From the NCBI GenBank assembly GCA_963705495.1, contig CAVPJQ010000020.1:4504-68503 (forward strand): 64,000 nt of DNA, read 5' to 3'. The notes under the pieces are model-generated. The model saw only the letters and a program-made list of their open reading frames with translations, was not told the origin of the DNA and ran no database searches. Both the position numbers and the translations under genes were made by a program. Positions 30,636 through 40,596 of this stretch are shown here, in pieces (the stretch's first letter is position 1; the number at the start of each line of letters is the position of its first letter). This stretch comes from an uncultured Gammaproteobacteria bacterium (GTDB taxonomy: Bacteria > Pseudomonadota > Gammaproteobacteria > Steroidobacterales > Steroidobacteraceae).

Positions 30636-32760
30636 CGAGCTTGCCTCGCTTGTGGCTCGACCTGGTGATGCGGCTGGCGACCGACGATGAGTGCATCGAC
30701 GATGACGCAGCCATTCGCGTGCACGATCACCGGATTCAAATCGATCTCACTCGACTCGATCGCCGAGACCGGCGACCACCGCGGAAAACTGCGCCGCCGT
30801 CCTGCAGAATGCGTCCACGGCTAGCGGGCGACTTGTAGCGCGGGCTGTGCAGAAGAGCGCCGAGCTTCAGCCGCTCGACTAACCTATGGGCTTCGGCGGC
30901 ATCGAAGGGCGGCAAAGCATAGACCACATCGGCGAGCGCCTCCACGTGCACGCCGCCGAATCCGACCAGCACGACAGGTCCGAACTGATCGTCGTGAACC
31001 ATGCCGAGCAGCATCTCCACGCCCGGGGTGCGGATCATCGGTGCGACCAGTGCGCGCGGACCGATCCGGTTCGACAGGTCCTGGTAAGCAGCGTCAGATC
31101 GGCCTCGTCCTCGATGTTCATCCGTACGCCGTCGCGGTCCGACTTGTGGTCGATGCCGCGCATGGCAGTCTTGAGGACGACGGGATAGCCGAGCTCGCGC
31201 GCGGCCGCGCGCGCTTCCAGCGCGCTCTCGACGATGCGACCCGGGTTGGCCGGGCAACTGGAAGTCCCGCAGCAGCGTCATCGCCTCGTGTTCATCGAGC
31301 TTCGCGTGGCTCGCGAGATGAGTGCGCCACTGGGTGAGTACCGGCTCCGGCAGCTGCGAACACAGGCCCGCGCTCGCGCGCTTGATGGTCGCGATAGTCC
31401 AGCAGGCACTTCGCCCCGCGCAGAAACGAACGGACGCCGTCGAGCACCGGGAAACCTGCACGTGTCGAGGCGATGACCTGCGCAGTCGGTTCCGGTACCC
31501 TGGTGATTGGCAACGAGAAATGCAGGCTTGCCGGACGCCGCGTGCCCCGCGCGCAGGTAGTCGAGATAACCGGAATGGATGCCGCCCCCTGCGACGCGAT
31601 CATGGATGACCGCGCCGAAGGCAGCGCCCGGATCACACATCAACGCGGCGAAGCATTCCTGCATCGCGACGTGATAGTCCGGGCCGCCGGTGCTCCAGGC
31701 ATCGAGGGGATTGATCGGCGGCAAGCCGGGATCAAGGAGTGCAGCGAGCTGCGCCGTGGTGGCGGAGCGAGATCTGCGTGAGCGGCACGCGCGCCTCATG
31801 AGCCAGATCGATGAGCAGCTGCCGTTCACCGCCCGAGTCGTGAATCGATACCAGACCGCCGGCCCCGACCGCGATGCGGCTGCGCGAACATGATGAGGGC
31901 CGTGGCGAGCTCATCCATGTCGTCCACGCGCTGCACGCCGTAGCGATCGAACAGCGCCTGATACACGGCGTCCTCGCCGGCGATGGCGCCCGAATGCGAG
32001 ACGGCCAACCTGGCGGACGAGCTCCGTACGACCCACCTTCAGCGCGACGATGGGTATGCCGCGCTCGTTGCGCCTTCTCGAACGCGCGAGCAAGCCCTTG
32101 CGGATTGCGCGCGGTCTCCATGAACAGGCCCACGGCGCGGGTCGTCGGCTGATCGAGCGCGAAGTCCAGGTACTCGTCCATCGTGACCGCCAGTTCCTGG
32201 CCGGTCGATACCACGAGGTTGAAGTCGATGCGCTCCTCGCTATCGACGATGCCGCACATTCCGGAGCCCGAGTGACTGATGTAGGCGACGTTTCCGCCGC
32301 GCGCGTGCACTCGCGTCTCGAATCCGCACGCCCAGATGCCAGCGGCGAAATTGTAGAAGCCCATGCCGTTGGCGCCGCAGACCACGAGTCCTGATGCGCG
32401 AATCTTCGCGAGCACGCGCTCCTGAAGATTTGGCTTGCGATCCTGCGCCAGCACGAGCGAAGACATGATCGTTGCGGCGCGCGCGCCATGAGCGATGACC
32501 TCGTCGAGCGCTGCTTCGATGCGCTCGTCGCTGACCGCGAAGATCACGTGCTCGACCGGCTCCGGCAGGGCCGCGAGTGAAGGAAAGCACGGCACACCGC
32601 AGACCGATTGATAGCGAGGGTTGACCGCAAACAGTGCACCATCGAATCCGCCTTTGAGGAGGTTTGCGACCTCGTGCGACCGACGGTTCCGGTGCGCTCG
32701 GTCGCGCCCACCACAGCGATTGAGTGTGGGACGAAGCAAGGGTTCCAGGCGATGAGGCAT
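30632..32760 (-). pseudogene. ADP-forming acyl-CoA synthetase (CoA-binding, succinyl-CoA-ligase-like and ATP-grasp domains), about eleven frame interruptions
   Basis: Pieces in all three frames tile one roughly 709-aa protein: SIAVVGATERTG, FAVNPRYQSVCGVPCF, VCGANGMGFYN, YISHSGSG, IPIVALKVGRTE, AVSHSGAIAGEDAVYQALFDRYGV, NPLDAWSTG, EIDLNPVIVH. Its stop overlaps the ALDH start (ATGA). Confidence 0.75.
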
Positions 32761-32783
32761 GTCAGCCCCGAACCGCGCGGCGG

Positions 32784-33980
32784 TCAGAAGTCCCCGGCGG
32801 GAGTGGCGCGGCGCCGCGGAGGATCGAAGAACACACCTTCGACCACGAGGCATCGCGCCATCACGCGCGACCACTTGAGCTCGCGCTGGTAATAGATTTC
32901 CGCCCAAAGCTCATCCCCCGGCTTACCCCAGGGCATGTTCAGCGAAGCGAGCGCGATGTTTGACTTTGCAGACGGCGACCATTCCGCGGACGTTACGGTA
33001 CCCACGACATTGCCATTGCGGTGAGCGTCGTAGATATAAGAGGAGCGTGCGGGCTTGTTACCTTCGACGTCCAGTCTCACCAGCCGATAGCGTGAGCCAC
33101 GGCGCTGCTCCTCGAGCAAGGCGCGGCGACCATTGAAATTGGGCTTGCCGAAGTCGACCAGACGGCCCAGATCGAGCTCGAACGGCGAGCGTGCACGATC
33201 GGGGTGGATCGCCTGGTCGGCGGGCAGGAAATCCACCTGCGCCTGGATGAAACCGGCCTCGATGCGCGCGACTTCCAGTGCATGAGTGCCCATTGGACGG
33301 ATCCCGTAAAGCGCTCCTTTTTCGAACAGGGCGTCCCAGAGCGCGAGCGCCTGTGAGGGCTCGACCCACAGCTCATAGCCGAGATCGCCCGTGAAACCGG
33401 TGCGTGAGACCATCAGCTCGCCGCCGGCAAACGGGAAATAGGCGATGCCAAACGGCGAGAGGCGTTCGATGCCAGAGCATCCGATAGCCTTCAGCACCGC
33501 ACAGCTGGTGGGTCCCTGCAGAGCGAGGGCGGCAACGTCGTGAGTGTCCTCGACGATTGATACGTCGAAACCGTGAGCTGAGCGCGACAGCCATTCGAGC
33601 TGGCGTTCCTGCGAGCAAAGTCGGTAGTCGCCTTCGCGAAGGTGAAACACCGTGCCATCGTCGATGACCTTGCCGTCATCGTTGCACCAGACGCTGTAGC
33701 CCACCCTGCCGGGCTTGATCTTGGCGACATCACGCGTGATCAGCCGGTTCAGGAACGGCAACGCGTCGGCGCCGGTAATGCGGTGCTTCGTCATCGGCGT
33801 GAGATCGAACACCGCGCAGGCGTTACGGATCGCCGCGTATTCCAGTGCCTCGTCGAAGTATGCATCTGCGGTCGTGTAGTCCTTCCACCGATGCCATTCG
33901 TTCAACGTGTTGAGCGCGGACGTGCGCGGATGGAACGGGGTCTGATAGACCGCGGTCCGGAAATGTTCCTTGTGCATCAT
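32784..33980 (-). CDS. GcvT-family aminomethyltransferase (folate-binding), stand-alone, intact
   Basis: 398 aa. NACAVFDLTPMTKHRITGADALPFLNRLITRD, SRTGFTGDLGYELW, ARIEAGF. Its ATG overlaps the upstream stop (ATGA at 33980-33977). Confidence 0.85.
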   Translation of the reverse strand: MMHKEHFRTAVYQTPFHPRTSALNTLNEWHRWKDYTTADAYFDEALEYAAIRNACAVFDLTPMTKHRITGADALPFLNRLITRDVAKIKPGRVGYSVWCNDDGKVIDDGTVFHLREGDYRLCSQERQLEWLSRSAHGFDVSIVEDTHDVAALALQGPTSCAVLKAIGCSGIERLSPFGIAYFPFAGGELMVSRTGFTGDLGYELWVEPSQALALWDALFEKGALYGIRPMGTHALEVARIEAGFIQAQVDFLPADQAIHPDRARSPFELDLGRLVDFGKPNFNGRRALLEEQRRGSRYRLVRLDVEGNKPARSSYIYDAHRNGNVVGTVTSAEWSPSAKSNIALASLNMPWGKPGDELWAEIYYQRELKWSRVMARCLVVEGVFFDPPRRRATPAGDF

Positions 33981-35557
33981 GCCGCGCGCTCCTGGCGGAG
34001 CACCGCGTGGGCTGCGTTCTTGCCCGCAGCCCCCATCACACCGCCGCCCGGGTGACATCCGGCGCCACACAGGTACAAACCGTTTACGGGCATCGCGTAT
34101 TGGGCCGCGCCCGGAACCGGCCGCAGCATGAGGAACTGATCGAGGGCGAGTTCGCCGTGGTGCCAGTGACCGCCGGTGATTCTGAATTCGCTTTCGATGT
34201 CGACCGGCAGGAGCAATTCGGATGCGATCACCTGGCGACGCAGGCCGGGAGCATATCGTTCGAGCACAGCCAGCGTGGCTTCGAGAAGCGCGGCTCGTGC
34301 CTTGTCAGTGCTTGCGCGCGGATCGAACGGCGCGTACTGCACGATCGCCGACAGCACGTGCTTGCCAGCCGGCGCCAGGGTTCTGTCATGGACGCTGGGG
34401 ATCGTGATCTCCAGTGCCGGAGCCGGCGAGCATTCACCGTATTTCGCGTGATCGAACGCGTGTTCGATGTAGACCGGATCCGGAGCGACAACCAACCGTT
34501 CACCCGCGAGATCCGGCTGCAGCCCCGCGAAGGAGGGCAGGCCATCGAGCGCGAGGTGCAGTTTCGCCGCCATTCCTTTGGTCCGAATGTGCCGGATTCG
34601 GTGCACGAAGCCTGTTTCGAGGTGGCGGGCGCCGAGCAGTTGGAGCAGCGTGCGTGAGGGATCCGCGTTCGAGATCACCGTAGTGGCTCCGACCTGCTCT
34701 CCGTTCTCGAGCTCCACGCCGGATACGCGATCGCCTTCGAGCATGATGCGTGCAACCGGGCTGCCGGTGCGCACGGTCGCTCCGCTCGCGGTCGCAGCCT
34801 TACCGAGTGCCTCGCTCACCGCGCCCATCCCGCCTTCCGGCAGCGACAAGCCACCGGCCACGCCCATCGCCTGCCCGCTCAGCCGGTGCAGCAACGCCAG
34901 CACCGAGTTGTTCGAGCGTGGCGCGAGATTCGTGCCCAACACTGCATCGAGTGCGAGGGTGCCCTTGAGTAGTGGTGAATCAAACGTCTCTTCGAGGACG
35001 TCGAAGATGTTGATGCCCGCGATACGCAGAAACTCACGCATTGAATCGCGGCCCAGGCGACGGATGTCGAGGCCCAGCATCGCCGCCGAGATGAGCTCCG
35101 ATCGGCCGCCGCCCAGGAGTCGCGGTGGACGGCGGTTGTGCTGTTGCCCGAGTACCCGCGCAAACCGCAGCATCTGCGCCTGGTATTCCCGTAGCGCAGT
35201 TCGGTCCTGCTCCGGCAGAGAGCCCGACTGCAGCTCCGCTCCATGCAGCACCAGGTGATTGCCGTTCGCATCGAGGGCGACGGTGCGCAGGTCGGCGCGC
35301 GCGGTCCTGAGTCCGTGCTGCGCCAGGCTGAGCTCGCGGCTGATGCTCGGATCGAGCAGATAGGAAAGATGTGCGCAGGCGGAAACTCGAAACCCCGGCG
35401 CAAAGTCGCGCGTGACCGCGGCGCCACCGATGCGGTTCGAAGCCTCGAGCACCAATACTTCGCGCCCCGCCTTGGCGAGGTATGCGGCGCACACGAGGCC
35501 GTTGTGTCCCGCGCCGATGATGATTGTGCGGTTGCCCTTGTTCATGGCGTCAGTCAT
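33977..35557 (-). CDS. NAD(P)/FAD-dependent oxidoreductase, phytoene-desaturase (CrtI/COG1233) family, copy B, intact
   Basis: 526 aa. IIIGAGHNGLVCAAYLAKAGREVLVLEASNRIGGAA and C-terminal LYLCGAGCHPGGGVMG. Confidence 0.85.
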   Translation of the reverse strand: MTDAMNKGNRTIIIGAGHNGLVCAAYLAKAGREVLVLEASNRIGGAAVTRDFAPGFRVSACAHLSYLLDPSISRELSLAQHGLRTARADLRTVALDANGNHLVLHGAELQSGSLPEQDRTALREYQAQMLRFARVLGQQHNRRPPRLLGGGRSELISAAMLGLDIRRLGRDSMREFLRIAGINIFDVLEETFDSPLLKGTLALDAVLGTNLAPRSNNSVLALLHRLSGQAMGVAGGLSLPEGGMGAVSEALGKAATASGATVRTGSPVARIMLEGDRVSGVELENGEQVGATTVISNADPSRTLLQLLGARHLETGFVHRIRHIRTKGMAAKLHLALDGLPSFAGLQPDLAGERLVVAPDPVYIEHAFDHAKYGECSPAPALEITIPSVHDRTLAPAGKHVLSAIVQYAPFDPRASTDKARAALLEATLAVLERYAPGLRRQVIASELLLPVDIESEFRITGGHWHHGELALDQFLMLRPVPGAAQYAMPVNGLYLCGAGCHPGGGVMGAAGKNAAHAVLRQERAA

Positions 35558-37166
35558 CTCGCCACCCTTCGGGCACGAGGTTGGGTCGATTGAGGTCCAG
35601 CAGGATCTCGCGCGCGGCGTTAGCGCCCGGTGCAGCCATCACGCCGCCGCCCGGGTGAGTGCCCGAGCCACACATGTAGAAGCCTTTGACTGGTCCGCGA
35701 TACTGCGCGTAGCCCGGGAAGGGCCGGTTGAACAACAGCTGATCCATCGTCAGCTCGCCCTGAAAGATGTTGCCCTCGGTCAGGCCGACTTCATTCTCGA
35801 GCTCGCGCGGCGTGCGCACTTCGACGTGGCGAATCAGCTGCTTGAAGTTCGGGCTGTAACGCGCGATCTGGTCGAGCACCGTTTGCTTGAACCCGTCGCG
35901 GTCCTGATCTGTCCAGTCGCGTCCATGGATCTTCGGCGGTACGTACTGCACGAATACCGACATGAAGTGCTTGCCGGCCGGCGCCATGGTCGGATCCGTC
36001 ATGGACGGAATCAGCAGATCAAGGTACGGCTCTTTCGACCAGGTGCCGTTCTTCCAGTCATCGTACGCGCGCTCCATTTTCTCGAGCGAATCGAGAAAAT
36101 GGATGTCGCCGAAGCGCAGCGGGTTGTCGCGCCCGAGCGCCGGAAACTCGGGAAGACCATCGAGCGCGATATTGAGCTTCCCCGATGAGCCGCGGATCTT
36201 GAAGTTGCGCGCGCGTTTGACGAATTGGGGCGTCAGGTCTTTTTCGTCGAACAGTTTGCCGTAAGTGCGCTTCGGGTCGAGGTTCGAGACGACAATCTTG
36301 GCGCGGTACTCGTTGCCATTCGCGGTCGCGACGCCTGTGACTCGGCCATTGCGAACCATCACACGCTCGACGGGTGCATCGGTGATGATTTCTCCACCGT
36401 GAGACTTGAACGACGATGCGATCGCCTTGGACACGGCACCCATCCCGCCGCGCGCGAACCCCCAGGAGCCGATGGACCCGTCGACGTCGCCCATGTAGTG
36501 ATGCAGGAGCACGTAGGCGGTCCCGGGCGAATAGACGCCGAGCGCGGTCCCGATGATGCCGCTTCCGGAGAGATGCGCCTTGATGAGGTCCGATTCGAAG
36601 TATTCGCCGAGAAAATCAGCGATGCTCATCGTGTAAAAGCGAATGGTGTCGTAGATCACTTCTTCGCCGAGCTTCGCGAATTCCTTGGCGAGATAGATCA
36701 TTTCGCGAATGTCCCGGGGCCGGAGCGAGGAGGGATCCGGGGGTGTGCGCAGCAACAACGGGCGGATGAACTTGCACTGACGCATGACGTCGGTCGAATA
36801 CCGGCTGTAGGCGTCGGCATCACGCGCGTTGTGTCGCGCGAATTCCCGCCGCTGCACGTGCTCGTCCGTGTAGTTGCCGAGGATGTCTCCGGTGCGCGTG
36901 ATCGTCACCCCACCGCCGTAGGGCACGACCTGTAATCCGTGGCGCGCCAGTTGCAGGTCGCGGAAGATCTCCGGTCGCAACAGGCTGCAAACGTACGAGC
37001 AGTTCGAGTAGATCCAGCCTTCCTGAATCTCGCGGCTGACCGCCGCACCGCCGATCCACGGGTTACGCTCGAGCACCAGCACCTTGAGCCCGGAGCGCGC
37101 CAGGTAGGCGGCGTTCGTCAGGCCGTTGTGGCCGGCGCCGACGACGATGGCATCGTAGTTCGTCAC
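35550..37166 (-). CDS. NAD(P)/FAD-dependent oxidoreductase, phytoene-desaturase (CrtI/COG1233) family, copy A, intact
   Basis: 538 aa. VVGAGHNGLTNAAYLARSGLKVLVLERNPWIGGAA and C-terminal FYMCGSGTHPGGGVMA. It overlaps the next gene by 8 nt. Confidence 0.85.
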   Translation of the reverse strand: MTNYDAIVVGAGHNGLTNAAYLARSGLKVLVLERNPWIGGAAVSREIQEGWIYSNCSYVCSLLRPEIFRDLQLARHGLQVVPYGGGVTITRTGDILGNYTDEHVQRREFARHNARDADAYSRYSTDVMRQCKFIRPLLLRTPPDPSSLRPRDIREMIYLAKEFAKLGEEVIYDTIRFYTMSIADFLGEYFESDLIKAHLSGSGIIGTALGVYSPGTAYVLLHHYMGDVDGSIGSWGFARGGMGAVSKAIASSFKSHGGEIITDAPVERVMVRNGRVTGVATANGNEYRAKIVVSNLDPKRTYGKLFDEKDLTPQFVKRARNFKIRGSSGKLNIALDGLPEFPALGRDNPLRFGDIHFLDSLEKMERAYDDWKNGTWSKEPYLDLLIPSMTDPTMAPAGKHFMSVFVQYVPPKIHGRDWTDQDRDGFKQTVLDQIARYSPNFKQLIRHVEVRTPRELENEVGLTEGNIFQGELTMDQLLFNRPFPGYAQYRGPVKGFYMCGSGTHPGGGVMAAPGANAAREILLDLNRPNLVPEGWRDD

Positions 37167-37178
37167 GCTCAGGCGCCT

Positions 37179-38517
37179 TTATCCCGCGCGATGCGCGGGC
37201 CCGGAGTTTCGTGCCGCGTTCACGACGCGATCCACGGCGATCTCGAAGCGCTCGAGGGTTTCCGTGAGGCAGCGTTCATCGTGCGCCTCGCAGATGAACC
37301 AGGGTTCGCGCGAGTCCGGCTCGCACAGCACACCCAGATCGTGCAGCTCCGGTGCCAGCGCCTCGTAGAAGGTGTAATCGCTGGAGGCCCAGTCGCGATA
37401 GTCTCGCGGCGGCGTCTCGCTGAAGAACAGTCCGCTCATCGATGGGATGCCCGCTGAACGAGTGCCTGATGCCCCGCTGCGACAGAATCTGGCTGATGCC
37501 GGCGCGCAGGCGCGTGCCGTACTCCGCGATGGTCTGCAGCGCGGGCGTTTCGGCAAGGATCTGCAGGCACTTTTCGGCGGCGGCGAGCGCGACCGAATGA
37601 GCGGTGAATGTGCCGCCGTGCACGACGCCCTTGCCGAGCCGGCGCATGATGTCCTCCCGGCCGGCCAGCACCGAAATCGGGTAGCCATTCGCCATCGCCT
37701 TGGCGAACGTGCACAGATCGCTGCGCACACCAAACAGTTCCTGGCAGCCGCCCCGTGCCACACGGAACCCGGTCTTCACCTCATCGATGATCAACAGGAC
37801 GCCGTAGCGGTCGCAAAGTGCGCGCGCGGCGTGCAGATATTCGCGTGTCGCCGCGATCGAGCAGCAGTTGCCCATGATCGGCTCGATGAGAAACGCTGCG
37901 ATCTGGTCCCCATAGGCCTTGAACACGCTTTCCAGCCGATCGGCATCGTTCATTGGCACCGCGTGCAGGAGCGAGCGCAGGATTCCCGGCACGCCGGCGC
38001 TGTAGGGGACGAGGTGCGGGTCTCCGGCCGACGGGCGCCAGCCCTCGATCAAAGTCGTCCACAGCGCGGCGTCAAACACGCCGTGGTATCCGCCTTCGAT
38101 GACGACGTACGAGTCCCGGCCCGTGTGCGCGCGGGCGAGACGCAATGCGGCCATGACGGCCTCGGTGCCCGAGTTTGAAAAGCGCACCAGCTCTGCGGCC
38201 GGCACCATGCGCGAGATGCGCTCCGCCACCGCGTATTCGCGCTCCGTCCCGAGCGCAAAAACGCCACCCACCTCGATGCCGGCGCGGGCTGCCTCATCGA
38301 TTCTGGGATCCGCGTAGCCCAGGATGCACGGGCCGTAGGCCAGCCGGTAGTCGATGTATTCATTGCCATCGATGTCGCGGAGGCGGGCACCCTTGCCAGA
38401 GGCCGCGTAGATGGTCTTGTCGTCGCCCCAGTAACGGAAGTTCGATGAGACGCCCAGCGGCAGCCGGGTGATGGCCTTCTGGAAGTGCGCGTTGGATTTT
38501 CTGAGGCTTCGTGCCAT
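37179..38517 (-). pseudogene. class-III (PLP) aminotransferase, glutamate-1-semialdehyde aminomutase-like, one frame interruption
   Basis: GGGAGGG RBS plus ATG 38517. GARLRDIDGNEYIDY, FSNSGTEAVMAALRLARAHTGR, LIIDEVKTGFR, TFAKAMANGYP. The C-terminus continues in the 37179..37763 frame. The frame change is near 37440. Confidence 0.85.
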
Positions 38518-38600
38518 GGTTTTACCCTCCCGTCGGCGCGTCCCCAGAGGCTTCCGACAGCCCGCACAGGGTCCCACAAAAACCGGGTCGGCGTCCATCC

Positions 38601-38625
38601 CACTGAATAGCTGTTCATTCATTGA
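38601..38625. promoter_or_regulatory. candidate operator in the divergent promoter region (imperfect palindrome TGAATAGCTGTTCA plus TCATTGA half-site)
   Basis: Lies in the 141-nt divergent intergenic region. It shares the TCAATGA/TCATTGA and TGAACAG words with the 24922-24963 repeat. Confidence 0.3.
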
Positions 38626-38658
38626 TTTGGGCCCGGAAGCGGTTATTATCGGCCCCGG

Positions 38659-39417
38659 ATGCCCGCGTGGGCTTACGAGTTGCTGGCTTTGCCGCAGTCG
38701 AACCAGAACCCCAAGCGGCGGCGCCCGGTCAAGGCGTCGCGCCGCACGGCTGCGCCCGAAGAACGCCGGCAGCAGCTGATCGAGGCGACCATCCGCTGCG
38801 TCGCGAATCGGGGCCTGGCGCAGACCACCATCGCCACCGTGGCGCGGGAGGCGGGCCTGAGCCAGGGCATCATCAACCTGCACTTTCGCAGCAAGGACCG
38901 CTTGCTCATCGCTACGCTGCGATACCTGGCGGACGAATACCGCAGCGCTTGCGAGGAAGCGGCTGCCGCGGCGGGAGCTTCGCCTGTCGCCGGGCTGCAG
39001 GCGATGGTCGATCTGGATTTTCAACGCAGCATCTGCACGCGGGACAAGCTCGCTGTCTGGTTTGCCTTCTGGGGTGAGCGCCGATTCCGGCCAACGTATC
39101 GGCGCATCTGCGCAGCGCGCGACAAGTCCTACGAAGATCGGGTGCGCGTCCTGTGCGCAAGACTGTGTCAGCAGGGCGCCTATCCCGATGTGGATCCGGC
39201 GCTGGTGGCTGACGGACTCTCGGCACTGACCGATGGTCTGTGGCTTGACCTGCTCGTCAGGCCCGACTCGATGAGCCGGGAGCTGGCGCGACGAATCAGC
39301 ATGTCGTATCTCGCGGATGCTTTTCCGCGTCACTTCGAGCGTCCCGCGATTGAGCGACGCATCGCGGCCGATCGACGCGTCACCGCGAACCGACCGGCTG
39401 TGGTCGGCGCAAGATAG
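38659..39417 (+). CDS. TetR-family (BetI-type) transcriptional regulator
   Basis: 252 aa. HTH LIEATIRCVANRGLAQTTIATVAREAGLSQGIINLHFRSKDRLL. The C-domain AVWFAFWGERRFRPTYRRICAARDKSY is paralogous to the TetR part at 25007. Confidence 0.85.
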   Translation: MPAWAYELLALPQSNQNPKRRRPVKASRRTAAPEERRQQLIEATIRCVANRGLAQTTIATVAREAGLSQGIINLHFRSKDRLLIATLRYLADEYRSACEEAAAAAGASPVAGLQAMVDLDFQRSICTRDKLAVWFAFWGERRFRPTYRRICAARDKSYEDRVRVLCARLCQQGAYPDVDPALVADGLSALTDGLWLDLLVRPDSMSRELARRISMSYLADAFPRHFERPAIERRIAADRRVTANRPAVVGAR

Positions 39418-39423
39418 CTCATC

Positions 39424-40593
39424 ATGCAGATCATCCTTGATGAGGCGGCGAGGGCGTGGCGCGAGCGTGCCGCGCAGTTCGCCAGCCAGGAATTGATCCC
39501 CTGGGAGGTAGAAGCCGAACTCAACGAGGGGAAATTGCCACCCGAGGTGAAGGCGCGGCACCGCAAACTCGCAGTCGAACTAGGCTTCAGCGCGATGGAC
39601 GTACCGGCTGCGCATGGCGGCCGCGACGCGCGTGTGATCGATCAGGTGGCGGTCTGGGAGCAGCTTGGCAGGGTCACCAACGCGTTGTGTTGGTGCTTTT
39701 CCGAGCCTCATCGCTGGATGTTCGAGGCCTGCAGCCGGGAGCAGCTCGAGCGGTACGTGCTGCCCCTCATGAGCGGCAAGCGCAAGGAGTGCTACGCAAT
39801 CACGGAGAGCGGCTCGGGCTCGGACGTCGAGTCGATCCAGACCACCGCGCAACGCTGTCCCGGCGGCTACTCGATTCGCGGGGAGAAGTGGTACGTCACG
39901 AGCGCCAATCACGCCGATTATTTCATCCTGCAGGCGCGGCTCACCGACGGACCGCACGCGGGGTCGCACTCGCTCTTCTTCATCGACAAGGATCAGCCCG
40001 GCATCGAGCTGGTGCGCACACCGGCTTTCAGTCACACCTTCAGTGATCATCATCCGATCTACCGGTTCAACGACGTCGTGGTGCCGGAGAGCCAGCGCCT
40101 CGGCGCGGAAGGCGACGGCATGCAGCACGCCCATAGCTGGTTCCGCCGCGAACGGCTGATGATCGCGGCGCGCTGCTGCGGCGCCTCCAGTCGCTTGATT
40201 GAAGAGGCGAGCGCCTTCGCCAGCACGCGCATGATCGGCGGTGAGCCGCTGGCTGAACGGCAGATGATCCAGGCGATGCTGGCGGACAGCGTGACCGAGC
40301 TCTGGGCGGCACGGCTCATCACCTACGAGGCCGCGCAGGCGCACGATCGCGGCGAAGAGCTGAGGTCCCTCCATGCGCGCTGCGCGATCGCGAAGCTCTA
40401 CGCCTCGGAGGCCGCGAACCGGATTGTCGACCGCGCATTGCAGATATTCGGCGGGCGAGGCTACATGCGCGAAAACTGCGTCGAGCGATTCTTTCGGGAA
40501 TTGCGCGTGGATCGGATCTGGGAGGGCGCCAGTGAAATTCAGCGTCTCATCATCGCGCGAGCGCTGCAGAAGCGCGGGCTCGAGGGGATGTAA
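39424..40593 (+). CDS. acyl-CoA dehydrogenase family protein, intact
   Basis: 389 aa. CYAITESGSGSDV, GEKWYVTSA, QIFGGRGYMREN...RIWEGASEIQ. Confidence 0.85.
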   Translation: MQIILDEAARAWRERAAQFASQELIPWEVEAELNEGKLPPEVKARHRKLAVELGFSAMDVPAAHGGRDARVIDQVAVWEQLGRVTNALCWCFSEPHRWMFEACSREQLERYVLPLMSGKRKECYAITESGSGSDVESIQTTAQRCPGGYSIRGEKWYVTSANHADYFILQARLTDGPHAGSHSLFFIDKDQPGIELVRTPAFSHTFSDHHPIYRFNDVVVPESQRLGAEGDGMQHAHSWFRRERLMIAARCCGASSRLIEEASAFASTRMIGGEPLAERQMIQAMLADSVTELWAARLITYEAAQAHDRGEELRSLHARCAIAKLYASEAANRIVDRALQIFGGRGYMRENCVERFFRELRVDRIWEGASEIQRLIIARALQKRGLEGM

Positions 40594-40596
40594 CGG

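Noticed and set aside
30632-32760. Programmed ribosomal frameshifting as an explanation for the interrupted genes.
   Set aside because: There are far too many switches (about eleven in one gene), in both directions, and I saw no slippery heptamers or downstream structures at the sites inspected.
37276-39561. 761-aa minus-strand ORF that appears to extend the aminotransferase far upstream.
   Set aside because: The first roughly 348 residues are antisense to the TetR gene and the start of the acyl-CoA dehydrogenase gene, and they have no protein-like features. The aminotransferase begins at ATG 38517, which has a strong RBS. The extension is a GC-rich read-through artefact.
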